From the NCBI GenBank assembly GCA_964016885.1, contig OZ024754.1, positions 15,686,001 to 15,750,000 on the forward strand: a DNA stretch of 64,000 bases. Direction: 5' to 3'. The notes below the pieces were generated by a model. That model was not told the DNA's origin. It saw nothing but the letters and a program-made list of their open reading frames with translations, and searched no databases. Within the stretch, counting starts at the first letter, position 1. Each line of letters starts with the position of its first letter. Positions 52,301-64,000 of this stretch are shown here, piece by piece. The DNA comes from Eledone cirrhosa (lineage: Eukaryota). The position numbers and the translations under genes were made by a program.

Positions 52301-54560
52301 AGAGAAGGGTTAGTCATGAGGGTGGTGGCTGGAGAGGGTGTGGTTGTTGGGGTGGGAGAGTGAAGAGAAGGGTTAGCCATGAGGGTGGTGGCTGGAGAGG
52401 GTGTGGTTGTTGGGGTGGGAGAGTGAAGAGAAAGGTTAGCCATGAGGGTGGTCACTGGAGGGTGTGGTTGTTGGGGTGGGAGAGTGAAGAGAAGGGTTAG
52501 CCATGAGGGTGGTGACTGGAGAGGGTGTGGTTGTTGGGGTGGGAGAGTGAAGAAAAGGGTTAGCCATGAGGGTGGTGGCTGGAGAGGGTGTGGTTGTTGG
52601 GGTGGGAGAGTGAAGAGAAGGGTTAGTCATGAGGGTGGTGGCTGGAGAGGGTGTGGTTGTTGGGGTGGGAGAGTGAAGAGAAGGGTTAGCCATGAGGGTG
52701 GTGAGTGGAGAGGGTGTGGTTGTTGGGGTGGGAGAGTGAAGAGAAAGGTTAGCCATGAGGGTGGTCACTGGAGGGTGTGGTTGTTGGGGTGGGAGAGTGA
52801 AGAGAAGGGTTAGCCATGAGGGTGGTGACTGCAGAGGGTGTGGTTGTTGGGGTGGGAGAGTGAAGAGAAGGGTTAGCCCAGAGGGTGGTGACTGCAGAGG
52901 GTGTGGTTGTTGGGGTGGGAGAGTGAAGAGAAGGGTTAGCCATGAGTGTGGTGGCTGGAGAGGGTGTGGTTGTTGGGGTGGGAGAGTGAAGAGAAGGGTT
53001 AGCCATGAGGGTGGTGGCTGGAGAGGGTGAGGTGGTTGGGGTGGGAGAGTGAAGAGAAGGGTTAGTCATGAGGGTGGTGGCTGGAGAGGGTGTGGTTGTT
53101 GGGGTGGGAGAGTGAAGAGAAGGGTTAGTCATGAGGGTGGTGGCTGGAGAGGGTGTGGTTGTTGGGGTGGGAGAGTGAAGAGAAGGGTTAGCCATGAGGG
53201 TGGTGGCTGGAGAGGGTGTGGTTGTTGGGGTGGGAGAGTGAAGAGAAGGGTTAGTCATGAGGGTGGTGGCTGGAGAGGGTGTGGTTGTTGGGGTGGGAGA
53301 GTGAAGAGAAGGGTTAGTCATGAGGGTGGTGGCTGGAGAGGGTGGGAGAGTGAAGAGAAGGGTTAGCCCAGAGGGTGGTGACTGCAGAGGGTGTGGTTGT
53401 TGGGGTGGGAGAGTGAAGAGAAGGGTTAGCCATGAGGGTGGTGGCTGGAGAGGGTGTGGTGGTTGGGGTGGGAGAGTGAAGACAAGGGTTAGCCATGAGG
53501 GTGGTGGCTGGAGAGGGTGTGGTTGTTGGGGTGGGAGAGTGAAGAGAAGGGTTAGTCATGAGGGTGGTGGCTGGAGAGGGTGTGGTTGTTGGGGTGGGAG
53601 AGTGAAGAGAAGGGTTAGTCATGAGGGTGGTGGCTGGAGAGGGTGTGGTTGTTGGGGTGGGAGAGTGAAGAGAAGGGTTAGTCATGAGGGTGGTGGCTGG
53701 AGAGGGTGTGGTTGTTGGGGTGGGAGAGTGAAGAGAAGGGTTAGCCATGAGGGTGGTGGCTGGAGAGGGTGTGGTTGTTGGGGTGGGAGAGTGAAGAGAA
53801 GGGTTAGTCATGAGGGTGGTGGCTGGAGAGGGTGAGGTGGTTGGGGTGGGAGAGTGAAGAGAAGGGTTAGCCATGAGGGTGGTGGCTGGAGAGGGTGTGG
53901 TGGTTGGGGTGGGAGAGTGAAGACAAGGGTTAGCCATGAGGGTGGTGGCTGGAGAGGGTGTGGTGGTTGGGGTGGGAGAGTGAAGAGAAGGGTTAGCCAT
54001 GAGGGTGGTGACTGGAGAGGGTGTGGTTGTTGGGGTGGGAGAGTGAAGAGAAGGGTTAGCCATGAGGGTGGTGACTGGAGAGGGTGTGGTGGTTGGGGTG
54101 GGAGAGTGAAGAGAAGGGTTAGCCATGAGGGTGGTGGTTGGGGTGGGAGAGTGAAGACAAGGGTTAGCCATGAGGGTGGTGGCTGGAGAGGGTGTGGTTG
54201 TTGGGGTGGGAGAGTGAAGAGAAGGGTTAGCCATGAGGGTGGTGACTGGAGAGGGTGTGGTTGTTGGGGTGGGAGAGTGAAGAGAAGGGTTAGCCATGAG
54301 GGTGGTGGATGGAGAGGGTGTGGTTGTTGGGGTGGGAGAGTGAAGAGAAGGGTTAGCCATGAGGGTGGTGGCTGGAGAGGGTGTGGTTGTTGGGGTGGGA
54401 GAATGAAGAGAAGGGTTAACCAAGAGGGTGGTGGCTGGAGAGGGTGTGGTTGTTGGGGTGGGAGATTGAAGAGAAGGGTTAGCCCAGAGGGTGGTGACTG
54501 GAGAGGGTGAGGTGGTTGGGGTGGGAGAGTTAAGAGAAGGGTTAGCCCAGAGGGTGGGGA
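40307..54560. repeat. 63-bp G-rich satellite, ~14.2 kb (~225 copies)
   Basis: Unit GAGAGGGTGTGGTTGTTGGGGTGGGAGAGTGAAGAGAAGGGTTAGCCATGAGGGTGGTGGCTG, with 61-, 62- and ~45-bp variants. Confidence 0.98.
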
Positions 54561-54829
54561 GAGAATTAAGTTTACGGTTTTTGGTGGCGTTGACGAAGTT
54601 GAAGAGGAGGTGGTAGAGGATATAGTTGAAGAGGAGGCTGGAGTGTGCGAGGGATGACAGATAGAACAGAGAAGGAAAGTGTGGGAGTTCGATGAAAAGG
54701 GTGCGGATCTGGGATAGATATATAATTATATATATAATTTAATATATCATTATATATATAATTATATATTAAATTATATATTAAATTATATATTAAATTA
54801 TATATTAAATTTATATATATAATTATATC

Positions 54830-55131
54830 CTAAATTTGCTGAAATTTTGTGAATAGGCATCATGTTTTTTCATTTACCTATGGTTTAAATTTCATATAAA
54901 TCGAAGGGAAAAAAATTTCAGCGGGTGTTTTTGCCCCCGGGGAACCCTTTGATTAAAATGAAATATACTTATCCCAGTACCCTGGGCAATGTAGTTTCAG
55001 AATATATATGGTTATGGGGGTGTCTATCTCCAAAGCCATAGGAGGATTTTGTGAACAAACAAACAGACAGAAATACAACATTATATATATATATATATAT
55101 ATATAAACCCGCCCGACGAGCGGTTTTCTGG
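54830..55131 (+). mobile_element. Possible non-autonomous Helitron-like element/3' end
   Basis: acaaacaaacagacaga-(TA)n segment, then imperfect hairpin AAACCCGC...GCGGTTTT (55105-55127) and CTGG|T (CTRR). Resemblance only. Confidence 0.35.
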
Positions 55132-55214
55132 TAGCATATGTAGTGTGCATATTGGTATTATGCGCAAATATATATCCATATAGATATATGTAAATTGAAA
55201 AGTAAATTGACAAT

Positions 55215-55600
55215 ATCTTCTTCACCCACTTATTTCTGTGGGGGCCGAGTCCTTCTGAAACACTCCTTCCAGCGAGTCTGTCAGTAGCAAACATCTCTAA
55301 CTGATCCAGCTGGATCCCAAAGCGTGACCAGCCAAGTTCATGGATGTTATCCAACTATCTTACTCAGGGTCTACATCTGGGTCTCTTGCTGGTTGGTTTT
55401 GCCTGTAAAATGTGTCCAGCGATTCTTTACTGAGACATTCTAACCACATGCTCATAATATCGGAGTTGTGATCTCTCAATTCAGAGAAGTAGCAGCTCTA
55501 CCAGGAGTGACTCTCTGGTCTCTTAGCTATGCACTTTATTGAGTAATCCCATTTCTGCCACTTTTATTTGCAATTGTATTCTTTTGGTCATTACTCAAGA
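55215..55600 (-). pseudogene. RTE-clade LINE C-terminal fragment
   Basis: Minus-strand translation IERSQLRYYEHVVRMS...KRPRCRP...LDNIHELGWSRFGI matches the RTE (Rex3/Expander-like) C-terminus pattern; several stops. Confidence 0.8.
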
Positions 55601-56013
55601 TTCATGATCCTCGGTAAGAGTTCGCAGGAATACCAGGAAGACAGCGAGTTTGGCTTTTACACTTACCCCCTTCATCAGATTGCTGAATGCTCAGGTTGGC
55701 GCATTACTGCATCTGCTTTTGAAATTCTTACACTTAATCCAGCCTCCTGCATTCCATCACTCATGATACTTGAACTTCTCCAGCTGCTTCAGTAGAACTC
55801 CATTCACATGTATATAAATTTGAGGGACTTCTGTCCACCCGTTCATCACGCAATGTGTTTGTGTGAATGTATGTGTGTAAAAGGAAGGAAGGGGATACAC
55901 ACATATATATATGTCTAATTTAAAAACAGTGACACACACACACGTGTCTCTAATTTAAGAACGCCGACAAACTCACGTGCGCACACATACACACACTGTC
56001 CTATTACCACTCA

Positions 56014-56451
56014 AGAGCTTTGGCCCGGGCAAACATCCCCTCAAATTTGGCACTGTTTGGGTTTTCCTGAATTAATGGGAAAAGACTTGACGGTCTTACC
56101 CTGTGCTCCTGGTCAAGAGGCAGGTGCCTTGTCTGGGACATCACAGTTAGTGACTCTTTTGCTTCTTCCCACATTCTGGATGCAGCGATAAGGGCGAGAG
56201 CTACAGCATCCGCAGCTGAATGGAACAAAATCCTAAAATACCTTCTTCTGTCAACTAAATACATTATCCAGCCTGTGTCGTTTGAGACGTTTGGGGGAGT
56301 CGGGCTACTGACAGCGAGATTCTTATCTTCACTGGCAGCTCGCCAAACAGAGGTAACTGGTGATGTTCATGAGGGCACTTGGTTGTTCCAGCACCTCACC
56401 ATCACTCCAGGTAACGCTGCGAACGTGCTGGCCTGCATCAAAAATTATTAG
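56014..56451 (+). pseudogene. CRE-clade non-LTR retrotransposon RLE endonuclease fragment
   Basis: RALARANIPS...GKRLDGLTLCSWSRGRCLVWDITVSD...AEWNKILKY...PVSFETFG...TGD..E..WLFQHL...GNAANVL; one TGA at 56068. Not in the ORF track. Confidence 0.85.
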
Positions 56452-56624
56452 AGAGGTTTCCCAGTGCTCCTCGCTATATTACTATCTTTTGCTCTGGTAG
56501 CGGCTCGTTTTTCCACTCTTTCGCCTGCATTTTGTTCTATGGCCTAAGATGTGTGTATTACCTGCTTGTGTATTTTTTCTCTTTCTTTTTTTCCTTTCCC
56601 TTTCCTTTGTATATATTATATTGA

Positions 56625-57017
56625 ATTGGCAGTATCGGTAGAGGGTCGGACGCCATGCTTTCCAGCATAGTTACGTCCCTTTGCGGTCTGAGTTCAAATC
56701 CCGTCGAGGTTAACTTTGTCTTTCATCCTTACGGGGTCGATAAAATAAAGTACCAGTAATGCACTGGGAATAATTTCTGGCTGTGTGCCAAAAGTAGAAA
56801 CAATTATTAAAAGGGTGGTGGATTGGCAGTATCGCTAGAGGGTCGGATGCCAAGCTTTTCAGCATAGTTACGACCCTTTACGGTCTGAGTTCAAATCCCA
56901 CCGAGGTTAACTTTGCCTGTCATCCTTACGGGGTCGATAAAATAAAGTACCAGTAAAATCGATAAAATAAAGTACCACTGAGATAATTGCTGGCCTTGTA
57001 CCAAAAGTAGAAACAAA
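56625..57017 (+). mobile_element. Two tandem S1 SINEs
   Basis: A/B boxes and ggggtcgataaaataaagtaccagt body at ~56625-56808 and ~56812-57017. Confidence 0.9.
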
Positions 57018-57414
57018 GGTCTGCTCCAGCCACAGATTTTATTTGTCGCCTTCAGCAGGTTAACTTTCAGGAATTCCCACTGTTCCTCTATACTGTACGT
57101 CTCTAATTGCTCTTCCTTATTGTCAAAAGCATCAAGTAATATGCTTTTAAATTTGTTATTGGCTGTGGGGTCCTTCAACTTCCATATTCTTCTCAAGGTA
57201 GTCGTCTGTTGTTGAGTACGTCTAGCCCTGACTATGAGGTCACTAACTATTAGGCTATGTTGGGAGGTGCAATCTTCACGAGGGAGGGACTTAGAGTTTA
57301 CAACAGACACTGTCTCGTCTTCTAGTAAGGATAAAATCTATCTGGCTGGTGTGGTCCCCTGATCTATAGGTGATCATGTGATTGTCTCGTTTTTTAAAGT
57401 TTGTGTTACAGATA
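57018..57414 (-). pseudogene. RTE LINE APE domain, distal part
   Basis: ICNTNFKKRDNHMITYRSG..SQIDFILTR...SQHSLIVSD...WKLKD continues the frame of 62317-62870. Confidence 0.88.
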
Positions 57415-60400
57415 TATTTCTTTATTTGCCACAAGGGCGCAGAAGAAAAGGGGATAATACAAAGGCACATGCCGGAGATTTTACATACAGTCATGTAAAA
57501 ATATTGAAACAAACAATTATAACAATCGAAATCCCCAATAGGGGGGCAAGCGCCACAAATGGATTGTTTAATACCCCTTCGATAGAATAACCCTCAACTT
57601 AAGGAGCGTGTTGTGCAAGTGCTCCTTTCTTCTTTTTGCTCTCTTCTTTAACCTACAGGCTTATAAACAGAGAAGGCCCAATCACTCGGGCCATTTTCGC
57701 TTCATTCACCCACCTTTCAGTAAATTTACTGGGGTGCAGTGCCTCTCCTTCTAAAGTGATACTTAAAGAAAGGAATCAATTGTTGTCCGGAGAGAAAGGC
57801 ATCTGTCCTCAGTCCTCTCAATCTCGTCCACCATATAACCTCTTTCACCATAGCCACTGTACAGAGGAAAACCGCCTCTCTTTCGTTTTTGAAAGAAGCT
57901 AGCGGTTTGATCCTTACTATGGACACGGCAGTCAACTGGATTTGTCCCATACGCGACAGCAGTTGTTCTGCATAGTTCCACAGGTCGGTTACGCCCGGGC
58001 AGTGAACAATTGCGTGCAAGACGGTTTCAATGTCCTGCTCGCATCTTGGACACGTCCTCTTGGAAGGATCCCTGCCTGTAGATCTTGTCTCGAACGGGTA
58101 GAGCTCCTCGGTAGTACTGCCAGGCCAGGGACCTCTGGAAGTTGTCCATAGGTCCCGGGCGGAAAGTCCTACTGAACAAACTGGTGAACTCGTCGTCTTC
58201 GACGCCTAGAGTCTTCCCGAGCACGTCGTCGCACTTGTAAAGTACTAACCCTCTATAGAATGTCGAAGTGGAGTCTCCACTGATTGCTGTGCCCGCTTGA
58301 CAGAGGACTGTGAGCGCCTGGGCGCATTCAATGTGCCAGGCGCCCATCTTCTTCGGTCTTCGCTTCACCTAGGACTGCAGCTCCGTCAGTGAGACAAGTT
58401 GTGGGAAGACCTGTCTCACAAACGGTGCCCACACTGGTTGGTCGGTTAGGAATACCTGGAGATGCCGTAGCCTCAGCGTATGTTTGCGCATCATTTGCCA
58501 CGGCATGCCCAGCCCTCCGTTGGAAGGGTGTTGACAACAAACGGATCTCCTCACCAGTGGAGCCTGTTTCTTCCACAGGAACTGGAAGAGTATGCGTTCC
58601 ATCTTAGTGAGGTATTCACGGGAACAAAGCACGACAGTCAAGCGGTAGTAGATGACGGACGCTATGAAAGTGTTCGCCACCTCTGCTCGACCTTTCAAAG
58701 ACAGTTTGCACTCTGCCCACTTTTGGGTGAGCGCAAATACCTTGGCCATGACCTCGTTCCAGTTTTTCTCCACCTGGAGGTCTGGACCGAATCAGACCCC
58801 GAGCAATTTCACCGGTCCTTCCGTCCATCGTCCGACGACGCTGTCGGACGGCATCGGTTTGCCTCTCCACGTTCCGAGTTGTAAACCGACAGACTTGTCC
58901 GGGTTCAGTTTTGCTCCTGTGAACCTTTCGTATTCCTGTAGTAGGTTGCCGATTACCTTGATTTCCGAGGTTTTCGACACCATTACCGTCACGTCGTCGG
59001 CATAAGCCGACGCCGCTTTTCGCAGTGCCGGTTCTAAAGGGATGCCCTGCAAAAGCTCCAAATTCCGCAGTAGTGACTCTAGAGTCAATACGTACAGAAT
59101 GGAGGAGAGAGGGCATCCCTGTCGAATGGCTCCGATAGTTAGCCGTTCACCTTAACCCTCGAGCAGATGCTGGTATGTCTCGCCTTTGATCCAGCCCCTG
59201 AAAACGGGACCAAAACCGGCCGCCTTGAGAACCGCTTCCAAGTATCGATGGTCGACCCTATCGAATGCCTTAGATTGATCTAAATTGATCAGAGCCCCAC
59301 CGAAGCCGGGTTTACACCCACCCTCTCTATGATGTATCGCATGAGGTGGAAGTTGTCGTGTATGGACCTGGTCGGGATTGCACACGTTTGCGCTTTCCCT
59401 ATCAGGTTTTCAACGACAAACGCCAGCCTCGTTGCTAGCACCTTGGCCAAAATCTTTAACTCTGTGTTGAGAAGAGTTATGTTCTCGTCTTTCCTGATCA
59501 GCGTTACTACGCTCTTGCCTGAAGAACTCGAAATTCTCCCGTTCTGCTGCCAATTGCAGTAGACGGCTTCAAGGACACCAGAGAACAAGTCCAGCATGCC
59601 TATGTAAAACTCATAGGGTAGACCATCTAGACCGAGTGATTTGCGTTTCCCGCAGCGGCCCAGAGCACCCCGTATCTCACTGGCTGTGATCGGTCTTTCG
59701 TAGAACTCGGCGTCCGTGCTCGAGAGACGCAGCAGGCCGTCGAGGTATGAACCAAAGTCCATTGCCCCGTTCGGTGCACCGTTGTTCTGCTCAAACAGTC
59801 GCGCAAAGTGCCGCCGAAAGGCCGCGCACATCTGCCTGGGGTCAAGTAGCACACGTCCGTTTTGGTTTTCAAAGACAGAATCGTGGACTTGTTGCCACTT
59901 TTCGCATTCGCCACTCGGGCCCAGCTAACAGCTTTTGCTCCCTCGTTTCCTAGAGCACGTGATTTACTTCTGACCACGCAGCCTTCGTGTTTCGCGTCGA
60001 AGAACTGGTCCAGTGCCGTTCTCGATGCTAGCACTCTAGCTGCGTTGCCACTCCTAAGCGCCTCTTCTACCTTGGCTACTAGTTCTGTTTCTGATTTGTT
60101 TTTCTGTACAGCTAATTCTCTGCTAAACCCTATCGATTCTACTCTAATTGCTTTCTTGAGAGAGTACCACCATCTATTGTTGACGATGGCTGCCGTCAAC
60201 TCTTGCTTAACTAATCTACTTATCTGTTCACTGTAGGCTTTTCGTGCCGGCAACACGTTCAGCTTCCAGTATCCGGGTCCTTGTCTATGTATTCTATCAC
60301 GGTTGATTATGCAGACGACTAGTTTGTGATCTGAATAGGCATGTGCATTTGTGGACAGCTTAACATCTTGTCCTTTTCTCTAATGAAAACCCTATCTAGA

Positions 60401-62316
60401 CGTCCCGCTGCAGTTGGCCCACGTCCACTGTGGTGCAGTCGGGAAAATCTAGTCGATATCTATCAGCCAGTTGGAATTGGCCGATTAGATTTTTGAGGCT
60501 GTTGCACCCCGCTCTAGTGGGACATGATCCTACATAGTCCCATCGTGCATCTAGGATACCATTCCAGTCCCCCACTAAAAGAAAGGAACGAGAAGTTCCC
60601 AGAAAAGACTCTAGACGCTTAAAGAAGTCTGGCCGTGATTGTGATTGCCTGGTCGGGGCATAAACGGCCACCAGTCTGAAGGCTCCACCTCCAATACTGT
60701 TCACGTCTAAAACTATCCGTCTACCCTCCGGGTCCAAGTGTACTGCGAGATCCAGGTTTTTCCGAAACATGACAGTCACTCCCCCTCCACCTCCCGGCTG
60801 ACAGAGAGATGCGTAGATCTCAAAGTCATTGAAGATGGGGGTTAGTTGCTGCCTGTTGTGGATCCTGGACTCGGTGATGGCTATCACATCCATACAGTGT
60901 GGCCTAAGGTCGTTTAAAAGTTGGCCCTGTTTCTAGGACATCCCTAGGCCTCGCACATACACGCTTCCAACTCGTAAGTCAGCCATGTTGGTGGAGAAGA
61001 GTTGGCGAAAAGGACGAAAAGGTACACTTACCTTTTCGTTTCCTGGAGATCGGGTTGTTCAATCTCCATTTCAGTTCTGGTGGGTGGGGGGAACATTTCA
61101 ACAGGACACGGTTTATTGGTTTTTGGCAGGGGTTGCCAACGTCCTATGAAAACTGTTCTTTCAATTTCTGATAGGTTTCTATCGAAACCCCTATTAGTAT
61201 TAGGTGTGGTTGAGAGTCTGCTTTTACAAAAGTTTTCCCCTCAGTTTCTACTTTGGGGTCTTGGAAGATGACCTCCATTAGGTTTTTGTTGTTTGTGTTA
61301 ATGTATGTGTATTGTTGTTTGTTTTTTTGTTGTGTTGTTTTGGTTTGTTGTTCATTTTGTAGTTTTCTTTTTATGGTGGGCATGTGTTTGGGGTGGTGTT
61401 GGTGTTTGTTTTGTTGGTATGGGGGGGGGGTTGTGTTGTTGGTTGTGTGTTCGTGTTGGTGATTGTTGTTTTTGTGGCTTTGTGGTGTCTTTTTTTTGTT
61501 TTTTTTTATTTACGAGGCTCTCCTTCATCTTCACTTGGAGATGGAGAAGTAGCCTCGTCTGGTGATGAATCGTCATCAGGGGCGTGTGGGAGGGGTATGT
61601 TGTGTGGTGATGGTGTGGTAGTGTTGGATGGAGAGGGATGCAGTGGGACTGTGTTTTTCAGGGGAATTGTTTGTTTTTTCTGTTTGTGGTTGAACAGTTG
61701 TTTGATTTTGTATTTACTTGTTTTGTGTGTTGTTGTTGTTGTGGAGTTGGTGAAAGTACTTTTTGGGGGTGGTGGTGTATGTTCGTAAGAGGGGACAGGA
61801 GGCCTTTAAATGCGATGTGCTTGCGCATTTAAAACAATGTGGCCTCCTGGCTTCTGCCAAAATCTGTATATAGTTTGTATTGTCTACTGGCACCCATTCT
61901 GGTATCTTGGAAATTCTGTCCGGTTTCATTTGGACCAAAATTTCCAAGCTTGTGCCATTCCAGGTGTTTCTTGTGGATTTTTGAATCGACAGTATTGTGT
62001 CTTCATCCTCCTCCAAGAACCCTGCCAGAATCCACCAGATGTTAATATTGGGTGGTATATTGGTGATGTTTATTCTTTGTGTTCTTTTTCCAATGTATGT
62101 AGGGAAAAAGGTGTGTGCAGCAGAGGTGACCGGGGTCACTGAGTATTTTTCCGCAAGGGCCTCACTTTTGAAGAGCACCGAAATGCTTCAGCCCTTTGTA
62201 TGTATTGTATTTCCGGCATTGCCTCTTTCAAGACGATTTCAATTTCGCCTTGAGTAAGGAAAGCCGGTTTTTTTTATTTGTTCAAAATCATGCGAAAAAT
62301 CAGTCCTTCGCATAAA
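57415..62316 (-). mobile_element. Tx1/L1-clade retrotransposon copy 2, inserted in the RTE
   Basis: ORF1 with CCHC knuckle (CFKCASTSHLKASC). ORF2 from ATG 60986: APE (ITESR, AVYAP, GDWN, SDH), RT (LDQSKAFDRVDH, QGCPLS, YADD) and C-terminal domain. Many frameshifts; degenerate 10-bp TSD. Confidence 0.94.
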
Positions 62317-62870
62317 GTCGCAGATAGTTAGGTTATTAGCATCACAGAACTCCAGGATCCTGGAGCCTTCCTCATTTCTAATACCAGACCCATAGCCTCC
62401 ATGGATTCCATCATAGCCATCACAATGTTGTCCAACATGACCATTAAGGTCGCCAGCAATAATTATGTAGTTACTGTCAGTTATTTGGGAGGTAGTGAGC
62501 ATTAGTGACTCATAGAACCTATCTTTTATAAATTCAAGTAGGCCAGATTGGGATGCATAAGCAGATATTATTGACACAGTTAGAACTAGTCATTTTAATT
62601 ATTCTGTCATTCACTCTATTTAAGGCAATTACCTTATCTACCCATTTTTCTGCTAACATAATTCCTACTCCACCCAGTCTGTTATCATTTCCCATCCAGA
62701 AAAGTTTATAGCATCATTTTTTACCCACAATGAATCTAGCAAACCCACCCCTCCACCTAGTCTCTTGAAGACAACAAACATCAACTTCCTAACAGTCAAG
62801 CATCTCTACAACCTCATTTGAGCGACCTTTCAATGTGCCTACATTCATGGTACCAACTCTGAAGTTTGGG
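62317..62870 (-). pseudogene. RTE LINE APE domain, proximal part
   Basis: RVGTMNVGTLKGRSNEVVEML..VCCLQETRW...IISAYA...GDLNGHVG...RNEEGSRILEFCDANNLTIC. Confidence 0.92.
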
Positions 62871-63279
62871 ATTTCACTAGGTGGGAGGAATGAATGGGAT
62901 GGGGGCAGAGGGAGGGGTGTGGGAGACGGAATTATGTTGGTCTTCGATGTCTGAAATAAAGAGGAATGCTTGCATTCTCGTCCAGTGGCAGGAGGTGAAT
63001 TTATCTTTATCTTTGTCATTGTGACTGCTCAGACTCTCCATTTATCATAACAAACAACAACTAGGTCCAAACTTAAGGAGCAGTAGCCGAAGCAGTGGCT
63101 TTGTGATAGAGATTTGCTTACTATAAACCGCTGAGTTTTGATTGGACCAAATAACTATGATAGACGGGAGGGAAATGGTGGTGAATGGGGGAGGGCGGGA
63201 TGGAAATGGGTAACTTTACGAGATGTAAGCATATTTTCAAACGTGTGAGAGATAATAAATAATAACAAAGAAAAAGTTA

Positions 63280-64000
63280 GATTCTAGAACAGTCTATAAG
63301 GTATAATATCTACTTCGATTCTAGAACAGTCTATAAGGTATAACAATATCTCCTTCGATTCTAGAACAGTCTATAAGGTATAACAATATCTACTTCGAAT
63401 CTAGAACAGTCTATAAGGTATAACAATATCTACTTCGAATCTAGAACAGTCTATAAGGTATAACAATATCTACTTCGATTCTAGAACAGTCTATAAGGTA
63501 TAACAATATCTACTTCGAATCTAGAACAGTCTATAAGGTATAACAATATCTACTTCGATTCTAGAACAGTCTATAAGGTATAACAATATCTACTTCGATT
63601 CTAGAACAGTCTATAAGGTATAACAATATCTACTTCGAATCTAGAACAGTCTATAAGGTATAACAATATCTACTTCGATTCTAGAACAGTCTATAAGGTA
63701 TAACAATATCTACTTCGATTCTAGAACAGTCTATAAGGTATAACAATATCTACTTCGATTCTAGAACCGTCTATAAGGTATAACAATATCTACTTCGATT
63801 CTAGAACAGTCTATAAGGTATAACAATATCTACTTCGAATCTAGAACAGTCTATAAGGTATAACAATATCTACTTCGATTCTAGAACAGTCTATAAGGTA
63901 TAACAATATCTACTTCGATTCTAGAACAGTCTATAAGGTATAACAATATCTACTTAGAATCTAGAACAGTCTATAAGGTATAACAATATCTACTTCGAAT
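63280..64000. repeat. 40-bp satellite, >=18 copies, runs off the window
   Basis: Unit GATTCTAGAACAGTCTATAAGGTATAACAATATCTACTTC with T/A dimorphism at position 3. Confidence 0.97.

Noticed and set aside
40272-54510. + strand [20 protein letters not shown] repeat ORFs
   Set aside because: Alternative-frame reading of the satellite, repeatedly broken by TGA variants.

Overview
Eukaryotic, AT-rich, almost entirely repetitive DNA with no host protein-coding exon that I can support. The SINE families, Tx1-type LINEs and very long (TA)n tracts resemble octopus/cephalopod genomes; this is inference, not a database match. Contents: decayed non-LTR retrotransposons (two long Tx1/L1-clade copies plus a short TSD-flanked copy, an RTE split by one of them, a second RTE 3' end, and a CRE-type RLE fragment); a Penelope-like element (PLE) with a GIY-YIG endonuclease; many tRNA-derived SINEs; and large tandem arrays (55-bp, G-rich 63-bp, 40-bp, and a SINE-derived ~31-bp). 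Most long ORFs in the track are microsatellite artefacts. Main discovery: about 14 minimal type I hammerhead ribozyme motifs (CUGANGA...GAAA...UH, usually with a palindromic helix III) from at least 8 sequence-distinct families. Most lie in short foldback (inverted pLTR + tail) elements embedded in (TA)n tracts, and one family is physically linked to the GIY-YIG PLE. All structures were read by eye; no folding or alignment software was run.
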